A stretch of DNA of 63,231 nt, filler included, from Octopus bimaculoides (taxonomy: Eukaryota): the NCBI RefSeq assembly GCF_001194135.2. It is 4 parts of 4 records of this genome, joined end to end, with 100 filler letters (N's around TTAATTAATTAA, not from the genome) between each part and the next. Parts side by side here need not be neighbours in the genome. Positions count along the whole stretch, not along the records: positions 30,434 to 58,082 come from NC_068986.1; 3 more parts are not named here. One strand, given 5' to 3'. The position numbers were made by a program, and so were the translations under genes. This document shows, one piece after another, positions 38,114 to 51,607 of this stretch. The notes under the pieces are model-generated. The model did no database searches, had not been told where the DNA came from, and was given only the letters and a program-made list of their open reading frames with translations. How positions within the stretch are numbered: the first letter of the stretch is position 1; each line of letters starts with the position of its first letter.

Positions 38114-38652
38114 GCATGTATGTATGATGGCATGTATGTACGTATGTGAGTATATGTATGCATTATGTATTATGTATGTATGTGCGTACGTACGTATGTA
38201 TGAATGTATGTATGTATGAATGTATCTATGTTTGTATGCAGGTATGTATGCCTGTATGTATTATCAGTCAAGTTATTGTAGTTAAGGATTTGCAATCTAT
38301 GGGATGGTAGATTATGTGTCTCAAGGCTGTAAAGTATTTTTGCTGTTTATCTAATCTTCGGAATGTTTTCCATTAACGAGCCAATCGCAAATTAGTTCAT
38401 TCCATATGTTATCAAACATTTTTGATCGAATATTATGAGTGGTTGCCTAAAATATGTAAAAACAGAAGTTTGAGATTTTTTTAGTGCCATCTTATCACTT
38501 ATAACTGGTGCCTTGAAATAGTCCGTTTCTGTAACAACTGTGGTAACTCTTGTCTTGATTGGCAGAGCTGTCCAGGTTTGCATGCATGTGCGCATGTCCA
38601 TGGACGTGTGTGCATGTGTGTGCATGTGTGTGTACGTATATCGTTGAACATA

Positions 38653-38860
38653 CGAGAGGGTGCTAAAAGGTTCTTGGTATTGTAAAAGGCCGGGTTCGAG
38701 GACCAACCTTCCGAGTTCTTTTACATGGCTAACAAAAAGTGAAGAACCACTGCTATAAGTGTGTGAATCTGAGGAGGGAAGATGTTGAATAAAATCATAA
38801 TTAACTGATTGTGTTTTTTTTTCTTTTACCCAATACCAGGAACTTTTATGCACTTTCTCG
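38653..38860 (+). mobile_element. Mariner-derived MITE (208 bp)
   Basis: ITRs cgagagggtgctaaaaggttcttggtattg and reverse complement cgagaaagtgcataaaagttcctggtattg; TA flanks 38651-38652 and 38861-38862. Confidence 0.82.
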
Positions 38861-39011
38861 TATGAATATGACGGAGTAGAGCCAACTTACACCATTTGAC
38901 ATTAAATAATGAATATGATAAAATTTCGTTACAATCTGCAAAACATAATGATAAATGTAAAGCAAATTCAAATATCTAAGTGACTCTCATCAGTTAAAAC
39001 TTATCTATACA

Positions 39012-39175
39012 AGCGCAGACGTGGCTGTGTGGTAAAAAGTTTGCTTCCCAACCACATGGTTCTAGGTTCAATCCCACTGCGTGGCAACTTGGTTGAATGT
39101 CTCCTACTATAGCCTCGGGCAGGCCAAAGCCTTGTGAGTGGATTTGGTAGACGGAAGCTGAAAGACGCCCGGTGC

Positions 39176-39241
<66 letters not shown>

Positions 39242-39630
39242 TGGCGTGTGTCTTTAAGTTTGTCCCCCNNNNNNNNNNNNNNNNNNNNNNNNNNNNNNNN
39301 NNNNNNNNNNNNNNNNNNNNNNNNNNNNNNNNNNNNNNNNNNNNNNNNNNNNNNNNNNNNNNNNNNNNNNNNNNNNNNNNNNNNNNNNNNNNNNNNNNNN
39401 NNNNNNNNNNNNNNNNNNNNNNNNNNNNNNNNNNNNNNNNNNNNNNNNNNNNNNNNNNNNNNNNNNNNNNNNNNNNNNNNNNNNNNNNNTAGCGGTTCGG
39501 CCCTAAGAGACAAATAAAATAAGTATTAGGCTTAGGAAGAATAAGTCCTGGGGTCGATTTCTCCGACTAAAACCTTTTAATGTGGTGCTCCAGCATGGCT
39601 GCAGTCAAATGACTGAAACAAGTAAAAGAA
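39012..39630 (+). mobile_element. Family-A SINE, full length, with an N gap in its internal microsatellite
   Basis: Head gtggctgtgtggtaa...ggttcaatcccactgcgtggc; tail gtgctccagcatggctgcagtcaaatgactgaaacaagtaaaag. Confidence 0.9.
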
Positions 39631-39695
39631 TAAAAAATACAAGAATATATTAAACAATCTGTCAGGTAACATGAATAAAATTTCTGCAATATGTA

Positions 39696-40974
39696 CAGGG
39701 TGTTCAAAAAGTCTCTCCGCAGTAAGTATTTTATTGCAAAATAAATATTTATAAGATGGTATAAGACTACAAAAGAATATATTAGACTTTACAACACTTG
39801 AAAAACCTTTAAAAGTGGTGTTGAAAGTGTCGTCCTTCATTTTCAATATATAAGTTGACTCTTCTACATGTTTTGAAATAGACCTTGGAGAGCCTGACGC
39901 GGTATGGATCGTGTGAAGGTTACGTTTGCGTCTTTTAGCTCATCAATTGTTTTCGGGCGATTCTTGTACACTGATCCCTTACGTGCTCCCCAGAAAAAAG
40001 TTTGGCGGTGTTAATCAGGTGATCTTGGTGACCAAAGTCCCTTCGAAATAATCCGTTCACCGACAAATTCTTGAAGTGGCGTCATGGTGATGCGTGAAGT
40101 ATGTGCTGTAACTCCATCTTGCTGAAAGTATGCACTAATATTTTTATTTTCAGTGAGTTGGCCTACAAATGGATAGACAATATTTAAGCAATATCTTTCG
40201 GTGTTGATGGTGTGTTCAAAACATATCGGTCCCATAATACGCTCTCTCGAAATTGCTATTCATACTCTAACTTTTTCGGGATGCAGAGGTTGCTCATGCC
40301 TCGCGTGTGGACTCTCAATGCTCCATAACCTTGTGTTTTGCGAATTTATGTGCCCCAACAGATGAAACCAAGCCTCATCGGTGTAAAAACACCTATCAGG
40401 CACTTCTATGCCTTTTCGGCAACAAAGGTTTGGAACAAATGACAATAATGGAGCTTGTAGCATGATCCGTAGTGTTCAATTCTTGTATGGCCAGTACTTT
40501 GTATGGAAAGAAATTCAATTTCTTTTTTACTGTCGTGTGAGCTCTTCCTGGGCTGATTTCCCTTTCCTATGACAGTTTGACAGTTTGCGTAAGGACGTTG
40601 ACAGGCTTATTTGAAATATTGGAAAGGTGTTTCGTCTGAAAGAACAGTAGGCCTACCGCTTCATGCTCCGTCTTCCACTGAGCCTATGTTTCTAAATTTT
40701 CTTATCAAATCCTGCACAGTGTCACGATGTGGAACAGTATTTGGAAAAGTTTCACTGAACTTCTGTTTCACAGTATCTGTGTATTTGTTTCCAGCTCGAA
40801 ACACCCATTCAACTAAAAACATACGTTCTTCAATGGTTAGCATGTCGACCTGCTGAAGGGTACACAAAGACTGAGGGACAATTGCTGACACCTGGCTGCC
40901 TACACAGTGATAGCCCAGTCGCGCTTGCGCAGGATGAAAGAAATTCACTGCGGAGAGACGTTTTGAACACCCTG
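39696..40974 (-). mobile_element. Full-length Tc1/mariner-superfamily element, rosa/Visitor(DD41D)-like, decayed
   Basis: ITRs CAGGGTGTTCAAAAAGTCTCTCCGCAGT and ACTGCGGAGAGACGTTTTGAACACCCTG with TA flanks; 1279 bp. ATG 40843 MLTIEERMFLVE; FYTDEAWFHL.GHINSQN, YFQQDGVTAH, GLWSPRSPD; many frameshifts. Confidence 0.9.
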
Positions 40975-41134
40975 TATAAGCAGAACAAAAAGGTAAATTT
41001 TCTATTCCGCAATGACAAACTACTTTTCTTTTACAGGCTCTCTTACCCACTGAACAAGGTGGCAAAGGAATAGGCTACAATGTGTATTCGCGACGAATGA
41101 GTGACAAATATCTTCGATGGAAAAAGGTAGGTAC

Positions 41135-41305
41135 CTCTATAAATATGCATAAGTGGGGGTGTTGTAAGAAGCTTGATTTTCCACCACATGATTCCGGTTT
41201 CAGTGCTTTTGCTTGGCACCTTGGGCAAGTGTCTCCTACTATAGCCTCGGACCGACCAAAGCCTTGTGAATGGATTTGGTAGACTGAAACAAGTAAAAGA
41301 TAAAA
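41135..41305 (+). mobile_element. 5' part of family-A SINE
   Basis: ggcaccttgggcaagtgtctcctactatagcctcggaccgaccaaagccttgtgaatggatttggtagac. Confidence 0.82.
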
Positions 41306-42069
41306 GATATAGATATAAATGAAACACGCATACACACACATATACATATACACATATATTGTGTGTATAAAAGAGTAGTTTAAAATATGGACTCAGAGTA
41401 TCTTGAGCCTATCACGGTAAGTTCTTCGTACGGACTCGGCTAGCAGTCCGCGTAGTAATCCATTACAAAGAAGTTTAATGCGAAGTGAGGTGAACTGCTC
41501 ATGCAACCATGATATTTTGGCCATCTGATGACTAACTTTATTTGCATTAATTTGTAAACATACAATTGTATCGTATAACGCTGAACACATATTAACGCAA
41601 ATATGTAAGTATAGTTTCTTGCATACCGAAACTAATATTACAGAAAAATGTTGCGAAACAACTGTAAACCGATGGTAGTCACATGGTTAAATAAATCTAT
41701 ATTCATCTTTCATACTACTTAACTTTATGCTTTACACACACTCACACATACACCCATTCACACGCACGCGAGGGCACATATACACACATAAGCGCGCGCA
41801 CACACACTCACACACATAAATATACGTACATATGTAAGCACAGAGACTACAGGTCTTCAATATACTCTCAGCTTTAATTAGGAAGTTAAGCCTACATATT
41901 ACCTTGAAGGATTGCTTTATTTGCATCAATATTGTCCAGATAAGATATACAGTTTGCAGCTAGAGGGAAAAGGTAGTAGGGTGTAGACTTACATTTCCTA
42001 AAGTGTAAAAATTTGTCTACAGATTCAAGGATATATGCACGTGCCCTGCACGAACACTTGAGAATGAAT

Positions 42070-43230
42070 GAAACTGAAAATAGGTGGATAAAGAAAAGAA
42101 TGCATGGACTTTTCATAGGAATGTTGAAGCTAAGACAGACAGAGAAAAAAATGGCTATAGATGTCTAAAAGTGATTTAAAACCGGAACGGAGGATTTAAT
42201 CTGTGCTACCCGAGAACAAGCACTATGAACGAATTACATCAACTACAGTATGGACAACACATCAGAAAGTGACAAATGCAGAATTTGTAGACAAAATGGT
42301 GAAACGTTATGGCATATTACCAGTCAATGTACGCTACTAGCCCAGAAAAAATATAAGAGACGTCATGACAATATAGCAAGGATTGTCCATTGGACACCTT
42401 GCAACAAATATGGACTTGACAGAGCAAAAACGTGGGGCGAAGAAGGAAAACTCCCTCAAGCTAGATATTCCTGAAAGGAAACTGAAATAAGTATGGGAAT
42501 TCAAGAACGGTAGGAAATGCAACAAAACGGGCAGATGGAAAGAAATGAAATTGCAAGACCCAGTCATACAATAAATTGAAGATGTTAGAACAATACTGGT
42601 TAAAGCCGACAAAACGAAACCCGAAACGAGAGATCGGAGCGCTGAGTATAGCTGATCAGGAACACAAGACGAAGCTAATAAAGGCAAAGACCGACAAAAC
42701 ACAGTCAGGCAAAGAACATAGAATATTGTCGAGAAGGAAAAGAAACCACCAGTCACCTCTTGGGCAAGTGTAGTAAGCTAGCACAAAAAAGTATAAACGC
42801 GAACATGATTGTGTAGGTAAACGAATGCATTGGGACATCAGCCGAGTGTGTGGTTTCGAAATAACAAGAAAGTGATATGAGCAGGAACCGGAGGCTATAA
42901 TAGAGAATAAAAAATACAAGATCGTATGAGACGTCTCCATAATGACTCACTATGCTATTGAAGTAAGACCAGATATGATTATATAGAACAAAATAAAGAA
43001 ACAGTGTAAGATCATAGACTTTGCCATTCTCTATGATAATAGAGTCGATAACAAATGAATTGAATAAAAATGAGAAATACCAGGACCGAGCTTGAGAGCT
43101 GGAGTGAATATGGAAGATTAAAATAGCATTTATTCCTGTGGCAATTGATGTACTTGTCACGGCACCCAAACTGCTACCTAAAAAAACTGAAAGAGTTTGG
43201 AATTGAAATTCGCATTGTCGAGTAGCAGAA
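42070..43230 (+). mobile_element. Two consecutive R4/Dong-like C-terminal fragments (CCHC twice, one restriction-like endonuclease)
   Basis: First: MHG.FHR, REQAL.TNY, CRICRQNGETLWHITSQC, YKRRHDN. Second: ADQEHKT, HLLGKCSKLAQKKYKREHD, VRPDMII..IIDFAI.YD, FIPV.ID.L. Confidence 0.85.
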
Positions 43231-43237
43231 AAATACC

Positions 43238-43320
43238 AAAGGTGGCGAGCTGACAGATTCGTTAGCACGCAGGACAAAATGCGTAGCGGTATTTCGTCCG
43301 TTTTCATGTTCTGAGTTGTG
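43238..43320 (+). mobile_element. Family-B SINE head
   Basis: aaggtggcgagctgacagattcgttagcacgcaggacaaaatgcgtagcggtatttcgtcc. Confidence 0.82.
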
Positions 43321-46257
43321 CCAATATATTCAAAGGGATTTATTATGATACATAATTTTCTTATACTTTATAATAAGATTTTCGTTATACTACTTCAAGA
43401 GGAATACCATGTCTTAAAATGTATACGCTAAGATAGTATCGTGGCTTATTTCAATTGGGTTTGAAACATAACAGTCCTTTTAAATCTACCATGTGAAATA
43501 AGAATGGCATTAATTTAATTATATACGTAGTAAGAGGGCCCATATAAAGCCGCTATAATAAGGAAAAAAGATACGTATATCTATTTTTAACACCTCCCTC
43601 TACACTTGAATTTAAAAGATTATCGCTGTATGAATTGTTCTTGGAGAAAAATTTCTGTTAGAAACTACGTGTGAAGGCGCATGAAAACTCAACTAAACAC
43701 CGCAAGGTATTTTTATTGGTTCTCTAACGAACCTTCCATCTATCTCACTTGTAACTAGACTACAACTACATGAGGTAGCCTTAAAGTGATTGTGCACAGA
43801 CAAGCAGCCAAATCCATTAAAATGGAGGTTATCTAGTTATACAGAATTCCACCGTGGAGTTGAGTGGACAAGAAATTCATATTTTACACACCTCTTTACA
43901 TAATACCACAGTCAATGTAAAAAAAGTTTAATGTACAGAACACTACAAATACTAAGTGTTATTTACATACTCATATGTTAAATGGATTGTATCATAGCAT
44001 TCTAAATGTAAGTATGAATCTTCTGAAAAACTTTCTCGTTATAAAAGGGTTAATTCTAAGATTGCTTTAGTTACTCTTCATAAACAGGATGTAAGAGAGG
44101 ACATTTATGTAAAAATTCCTTCTCATAGGATATTGAAGAAACCACGACGTTGTAACACAAAATATTAAGTGTGTACTTCTTAGAAGAAAATACTAAACCT
44201 AAAGTAATTTATTATCATTATCATGAAAAATCTATAATTCTAAAACAAAATATGAGGGAGAGTAATAAGATAATGAGTCAACTAACATAAAACAGAACTT
44301 TCTTCGTGTGCTTTAACAATGGTATTCATATAATCAGATAACTGCTTATGCTTACACCGAGAATGGAAAACATCAATATATACGATATACTAGTGTACGT
44401 ATATGCATATGTATGTGTGCGTCTGTGCCTGTATCTGTTTCCCTGTGCGTGCCTATGTACATGCATTCATTCATATAATCATTAATTTTTATATATCTTT
44501 TCTAATACATTATGCACTCTAATTAGTGTTTTAAGTTTTCTTTATATTGGTTTTATATACGTAATGTGTGTACTTATATGTACTTATATGCACACATAGT
44601 GTATTTTTTTTCTTCTATATGTAGAGGCACTGACATGTCAAAAAATAAACCCAACTTCTGCGTGTCGTAAAGGGCGACTAAAAGAGGTTGAGGCACGTGT
44701 TACACTCGGACATAGTAAAATCTTCATTAGTAACGAGTACACAAACAGATCCATGGGTTGGTGGGTTGTCGCCTGAGTAGTACAAAGGTGTCCATCCTCT
44801 AGGAGTAAGGAATCACTAATAAATGGTGGATGTAGCAACGCACTGTTTCAGCGAATGCTCCCATGGTACTACTACTACTACTACTACTACTACTATAGAA
44901 ATATACAAGTGTCAGATATATTCTTGTGTTAAATGAGAGTAGAATATGATAGAGTAAACATGGCTTATTTTTCCTAAACATAGTTTCGCTTAATGGGTTA
45001 TGCAATCATGATTCCAAGCAGAAGGGAAGTGATTGTTAATGAAGTGAGTATGAGTAGTCATGTTTTAAAAGTTCGCTAAATCCGCTGACACTCATAATCG
45101 AAAGATCAATTGATCGGATACGTGGTTTAGATTTAGATAAGAATTCCATGTGTAATCTGCACATAAATTAATATATATGTATATGTATATATATATANNN
45201 NNNNNNNNNNNNNNNNNNNNNNNNNNNNNNNNNNNNNNNNNNNNNNNNNNNNNNNNNNNNNNNNNNNNNNNNNNNNNNNNNNNNNNNNNNNNNNNNNNNN
45301 NNNNNNNNNNNNNNNNNNNNNNNNNNNNNNNNNNNNNNNNNNNNNNNNNNNNNNNNNNNNNNNNNNNNNNNNNNNNNNNNNNNNNNNNNNNNNNNNNNNN
45401 NNNNNNNNNNNNNNNNNNNNNNNNNNNNNNNNNNNNNNNNNNNNNNNNNNNNNNNNNNNNNNNNNNNNNNNNNNNNNNNNNNNNNNNNNNNNNNNNNNNN
45501 NNNNNNNNNNNNNNNNNNNNNNNNNNNNNNNNNNNNNNNNNNNNNNNNNNNNNNNNNNNNNNNNNNNNNNNNNNNNNNNNNNNNNNNNNNNNNNNNNNNN
45601 NNNNNNNNNNNNNNNNNNNNNNNNNNNNNNNNNNNNNNNNNNNNNNNNNNNNNNNNNNNNNNNNNNNNNNNNNNNNNNNNNNTGTGTATGTATGTATGTA
45701 TGTGTGTGTGTGTGTGTGTGTGTGTCTGTGTCTGTGTCTATGTGCACGTGTGTGTGTGTGTGTGTGCGTCTGTGTCTGTGTGCATGTGTGTATATGCATA
45801 TAACAAGTTCGGTTAAGTCGGTTGCCCTTAGAGCTAATGAAACATGAGCCTGTTGGTAAAATCCAGGAACCTGTTATCATTCTTCAATGTCACCATGTAC
45901 TATTATATCACATTCCCACTTTCACAAAGTAGCTGCAGATTATCATTTCATATACATAAGCAGTATGATTTCGAACAACTTTACACTGGTCAAGGAAATT
46001 CTAAATTCCCATCGGTCAGACCATATATATTTGAGCTGCTCAAAGTGAGTATTTTTCAACAAATCATTTCAGTTTGTACATTAAGGTTTCGGTACTTTGC
46101 AATGTGTGTCCACTCTTTTGTCTGATTTTTATAAAGGGGCATATATGATAAGCATACTATGACCAATGAAGCCGTTAACATCAAATGTCAGCAAAAGATT
46201 TACTGAGGTAATTGGAGGGATTAGACTGCGCACACAGTAGTTTTCCATCGAGACGTC

Positions 46258-46548
46258 TCGTGGCTTGGTGATTAGGGTATTCGGCTTAGTGGTTAGGATA
46301 ATCGGATCCGTGAGAAAGGCACTTTATTTCACAGTGCTCCAATCCACTCAACTGTCAAAAATATGTAGTACCTGTATTTCAAGAGGCCAACCATGTCACA
46401 ATCTGTGTCACGCTGAATCTCCATGACAACTACATTAACAGTATACGTGTCTGTGGAGTGCTCAGCCACTTGCACGTTAATTTCACGAGTAGGCTGTTCC
46501 ATTGATCGGATCATTTGGAACCCTTATCGTTGTAATCGATCGAGTGCC
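46258..46548 (+). mobile_element. Family-C SINE
   Basis: tggcttggtgattagggtattcggc head (partly duplicated); body gcactttatttcac...gtacctgtatttcaa; tail gaccc-type block ttcacgagtaggctgttccattgatcggatc. Confidence 0.82.
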
Positions 46549-47518
46549 AGTAGGTTCCCCATCGAACCAATTCTAAAATGATTAAATCCTCTTTTTACAA
46601 TTATCAACGGAGGGAGCTGTGTTTGTTTTCCAGGGACAAGTATAAGGTCCTGCTCAGGATATAACTATATAGAAGCAGGCTTTATTTTATAGTGGTAATA
46701 TAAAGAATAAAAATGACAAATAAGAAGCTTATAAGGACCTACACTGTGCTTTATCGTATTCCGAAGCAAAACGTACTTGTCCATCATCTCTACGTTGAGA
46801 AAGCTAAATCTGCTTTGTAGACGTCCAAAATATATTCACTCACGAATTTTATCCCCCAATAAAGTAAAATTTTGTCGTAAAACATAGAACAAACCAATAC
46901 ATTTGACTACTGTGTATCGCCGGTAAAGCAAAGATTGATCACTTTCCAAGAGAGAATTATTTATAGCAAAGGAGACATGTAATATGTTCGACTTAGTATA
47001 GAATTTCTTATTCGGATTTTTAAGTTTATGTTGGCATCAGTAATTTCTTTCTCAGAAATGGAAATTAATTTGCCTTAATTTACATTCTAATATTCATATA
47101 TGCAAATCATACAGTCTTTGTTGTATTTGTGCGTCATTTTGTTATGTAAATACCGATGCCATTAAGATATTACAGCTATGAAATATATCCTTGGAATAGA
47201 AGAATAGGCTTCGAAGAAGGTATATACATAAGAGTTACAAATAAAACTTTTTTCATACGTGTCATTTTGAATTTTCTATATGAAAGCGAAGTCATTTTCT
47301 TTGTAATTATTTAGCCAGAAACATGAAACAACAAATTATTAGTTGTGCAACACGAAATTTTAAATCTTATAAATTATTGTAAAGATTGTATAGAAAATGC
47401 AGTGAATTGATAGAAGCATCGTGTCGATAAAAATGCTAAGCTTAACTTTGAGCGTACGTTTGTGTTCTAACTATCATTTATGCGACAAAAATAAGTTTAT
47501 TATTAGTTAAGAAATTAT

Positions 47519-47730
47519 GGCGGCGAGCTGGCAGAATCATTAGCGAGCTGGACGAAATGTTTAGCGGTATTTCGCTGCGTTCTGAGTTCAAATTCCGCTG
47601 AAGTCGACTTTGCCTTTCATCCCTTTCAGGGTCGATAAACTAAGTACCAATTGATCACAGGGGTTGATATAACCGACTAGTCCCCTTCCCCAAACTTTCA
47701 GGCCTTGTGCCTATAGTAGATAGGATTATT
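47519..47730 (+). mobile_element. Family-B SINE, full length, upstream of the first exon
   Basis: ggcggcgagctggcagaatcattagc (A box), gagttcaaattcc (B box), tail ggccttgtgcctatagtag. Confidence 0.9.
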
Positions 47731-48885
47731 ACATAGGAAATTAGTATGCCTCGTAACACAGTGATTCCGGAAGAGAAATTGTCCAGTAGAAAACGGGTAA
47801 AGTTTTTGGCGGAGATCATCGTATTTCTACTGAAGATAAAAGGTGGATTTCATTAGATCTCATAATACATCACTCTATATTTGGTGATTAACAACTTAAG
47901 TCAATCCTCAGCAATCTATGGAAAATAAATCAATATCTAGCCAATTATATATTCCATTTAATGACTCATTAACTTTTTACAAATTAAACCTTTTTCTATC
48001 ATTAGTATTGCGAGAAATTCCTTTAAAATTCGATGTGAAGGAAGGAATAACGTAAATAAGTTTTCAATATTCATTGCTTTCTTTCCATTTCTACGATATT
48101 TATATATATTTATATAAATTGTTTTAAAAATTCACGATTTCGTAATCCTTATTCAGCTAAACGTTGTCAATATACCTTTTTATATAGATAGATATACCTC
48201 TTCAACATATGCCTTGTCATTTCGTAGGATCCCTTTTTACAACTCTTGCCAAATTTGATATAAAAATTTGTAATTATGGTTGAATTAATATAGTTTGTGA
48301 TTGAATTATTTCGTTAATAACATTTTAATAGTTTTGTAACAGAGAAAACATTCAACAGAACTTCGTGTCAAACATTAGTTAATAAACAAATCTAGCTTCA
48401 AACTGCGTCTCTAGTACATGTTTAAAGTTAATCCTTAGAAGTTTGTTGACAACTCAACCTGTAATCTTATTATCTTTATTCGAAACAAAGATGATGATGA
48501 CGATGATGATGATGATGATGATGATAATTTCAGGCATTTCAGAAATTGCTTCATATGTGTTTCGATGGTTCTTGCTGGGGTTTAGTTAACTTTGGGTTAG
48601 TTAAAGCAGTGATAACATTGTTTGGTTTAAGATATTCTTTATTTAATTACATAAGATGGAAATATTCAGCGTTGAGAACTATCTCATTTTAGATTAAAAA
48701 ATAGAAAACTCCCTTGTGAAACCAATTATATTTTTTAACTGTTATATGCTAAATTATATCAGTTTATATTTAAAACTATAAATTTTATTTTAAACTAAAA
48801 GAAACATAAAAAGCGTTTGTCTTTTAGAGAAAAGTTTGTAAGTTTCACGTATTATCTAAGTGTTTTGTTTATGTGTTTCTTGCAG

Positions 48886-49033
48886 CACGTCATACATAAG
48901 GATGCAGATGAATTGTTTCTCTTAGTTGGAGCACACAACTTCTACGTTAAATATGAAGTCAAAGTACAAGCATTCAACTTGTTTGGGGATGGACCGAATT
49001 CTACAGTTGCAGAAGTTTACTCTGCTGAAGGAA
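48886..49033 (+). CDS. CNTN: Internal coding exon of a contactin-like (Ig/FnIII) neural adhesion gene; C-terminal half of an FnIII domain
   Basis: Acceptor tttcttgcag|CAC, donor GAAGGAA|gtgcgt; 148 nt, phase 0 in and phase 1 out. Encodes HVIHKDADELFLLVGAHNFYVKYEVKVQAFNLFGDGPNSTVAEVYSAEG, with the FnIII motif YEVKVQAFNxxGxGPxS and the contactin-type SAE linker. Symbol is family-level only; L1/neuroglian is less likely but not excluded. Confidence 0.9.
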
Positions 49034-49916
49034 GTGCGTATCTAAATTTGATAATTTCTCCCCTCAATTTAACTTCCATACAATTACTGCCATAAAGCTG
49101 ATAAATGAAATCATAGAAATACTTCTGTGATATCTAAGAAAATTTGATTAACACTTCTCATAATCTGTCAATTTAAAGTTTGTATGTTTACCGAATCCAC
49201 TTCCTTATCCTCAACATTCAATTGGAATAGTAAATTAACGATAATTTATCTTACAAAATACCTCAAAAATACCTTTAGTTGTTTGTGGTTTTATTTGTTG
49301 TATTTTTAATACAAATTTGACATTTAATCATTTACGTCAATTCTGGGGAAAGAGATGGGAAAAGGTTCTTTTACCTTACGACCGCATAGATAATTTTCTT
49401 AGACTTTGATCAGAATCCAATACAAGTAAAACTTGTAAGAATTAAATTAAAACTTCTTCAATGTTATTTTAAAGAAGTTTATAATCAACTTTTAAAAGTA
49501 TTCGGTAATTTTAAAAACAGAAATATGCCGGAAAAACTATATTTCTGCATTTTCTAAAGTAATGATTTAACTTTACTAAAATCTCCGTAAAAATATATGA
49601 AATGATTTAGATGATGTGATGTTCACCTTTTGCCAAGGATATTAGTGGTGTAATTGTAACGAATTATTTCCATCTCGCCTGACAGTCACCATTGCGTTTT
49701 GTCTTAAATACTGTCAAACAATGTGTAATGAAGAGGTTTAAATTTAATAAAATATAATAGGAACTTGCACGTCTGTCTGTATGTCAAATCATACTTCATT
49801 CTGCTATAAGATGCTAGAGAGAGCATCTAATATAGAAAATAGATTTTGTGTAAACATTAAAACTGCCAGTTTCACTTTTGAAACTTTTAGAAATTAAAAT
49901 TTTATTGCTTTAAGTT

Positions 49917-50122
49917 GCCTCAAAGTTTGGCACAAACCCAGAAATTTGGAGGCATTAGTCGATTACATTCTCCCTAATACTTGACTAGTGCTTATTCTAT
50001 CGACCCTCAATGGATAGTATAGAAAAGTTGGCCTGGGCGAGATTTGAGCCAAGTACGTAAAGAGCCGTATGAAATGCAGTTAAATATTTTCATGACGTTA
50101 TAACTATTCTGCCAGCTCACCT
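49917..50122 (-). mobile_element. Family-B SINE between the two exons
   Basis: caaagtttggcacaaacccagaaattt...tcgaccc...ttctgccagctcacc. Confidence 0.8.
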
Positions 50123-50714
50123 CTATTAAAAGACATTACTGGCTGCCAATAAGAATCAAGTAGATCAATTATTGCCTGTTCGTAAACTTTAAGAATTATG
50201 AACAATGATAAAAGATTATTAAAAATTATTATCTTTATAATTCCCTTAAATAACTTTAAAATTACGACAAAGAACTTCCAAACTTTATATAATCCAAATT
50301 TAAATCATGTCGTATATTAGTTCTATTACATTAACATAAGCGAACAGGATAAGAGCATAATCGTCCCGATATCGCAATGATTAGAAACAAAAGTATTGTT
50401 TCAAACGGCAATTTAAATTTGTGTATCTTCAAAGTCAAATGATGTATAAAATTATTGCATTGCTCTCTAATGCACATTTATGTTATACTGATACCAAATG
50501 ATTTAGGAACATGTAGAGCAACATATATGGATCATGGATATACTTGATTTTAAGGTAGTTTCTTAGATATATCTTGTAAAATTTAATTGATTGCCTTTAT
50601 ATTCAGTCCTAACCTTTCAGTGAGTTGGTCTATAAACTTTTTTGATGCTCAATTATATGAAAATATCAATGAAGATAAGTTCATTAAGAAACCTGCTATA
50701 TGTATCTATATATG

Positions 50715-50915
50715 CGTTGGGGGTGTCTTTGTGATTGTCACCTATCACCGCCTAACGGGCAGTCATAGCTCGTTTACGTTCCTGTAACTTTGCAGTCTGA
50801 AAAGACAGAGTGATGAAATAAATCTCAGGTTTTAAAAAACACCGAATACGTGGATCAAATTTTTCGACTAAACACTTAAACACTTCGAGGCGGTGCCCCA
50901 ACATGCCCGGACTCC
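50715..50915 (+). mobile_element. Degenerate 3' part of family-A SINE
   Basis: gtttacgttcctgtaactt...ttttcgactaaac...ggcggtgcccaacatg. Confidence 0.55.
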
Positions 50916-51244
50916 AATAAGTGCAGCAAGTGCCAAAATTTAAAACTAATTTTACTAAACCTGTTGCTTTACTGGCCAGATCGCATGTTACTAATTCAAG
51001 TAGGAGGTTAAAAAAGAATCTTTCGTGCGACTGAGTCCCTGCAAAAACTTAATTTCCATTAATTGACAAAATTGTTTAGTAGTTAGAGCTGCTCACTTCT
51101 AAATACGTACGCAATTCTGTGACGTGTATCTTTCTCCTGCACACTCCGCAGCATTTAGCTATGCCCCTCTTCATTCTCAGTTAAAACTTCACTGAGGTTG
51201 GGAAAATAAATCGGTGCTCTACAACTGTTTGATATACCATAATT

Positions 51245-51420
51245 GGTTAGCTTCATTTCGTCCGGCCTTACGTTCTGAATTCAACTTCCGCCAAGAACGA
51301 TTTCGCCTCTCATTCTTTCGGGGTCGATAAAATAAGTATCAGTTGAACACTGGGGTAAATGCAATTGACCTAGCCCCTTTTGTGAAATTGCTGGCCTTGT
51401 GCCAAAATTTGAAACTAATA
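51245..51420 (+). mobile_element. Family-B SINE ending about 190 nt upstream of the second exon
   Basis: atttcgtcc...cgttctgaattcaacttccgcc...ggggtcgataaaataagt...ctggccttgtgccaaaatttgaaac. Confidence 0.88.
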
Positions 51421-51607
51421 CTATAAAATATTCTCTTTAGCGAGGAGTCTTTGTTACTATTAATCAAATGTTCCTTTTACGATTAAACATTGAAATAATA
51501 GAAATTATTGTTATAGTGTTTGAACAGATTTTTAACTATTACGAGAAAGAGAATATGTAGATAAAACATGATGACAAAGCTATTATAGAATAAATTTCCA
51601 TTTTTAG

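Noticed and set aside
48817-49095. ORF-track calls 48817-49095 (+) and 51483-51794 (-) as stand-alone genes
   Set aside because: The first is the true exon read through into intron; the second is the antisense shadow of the second exon.
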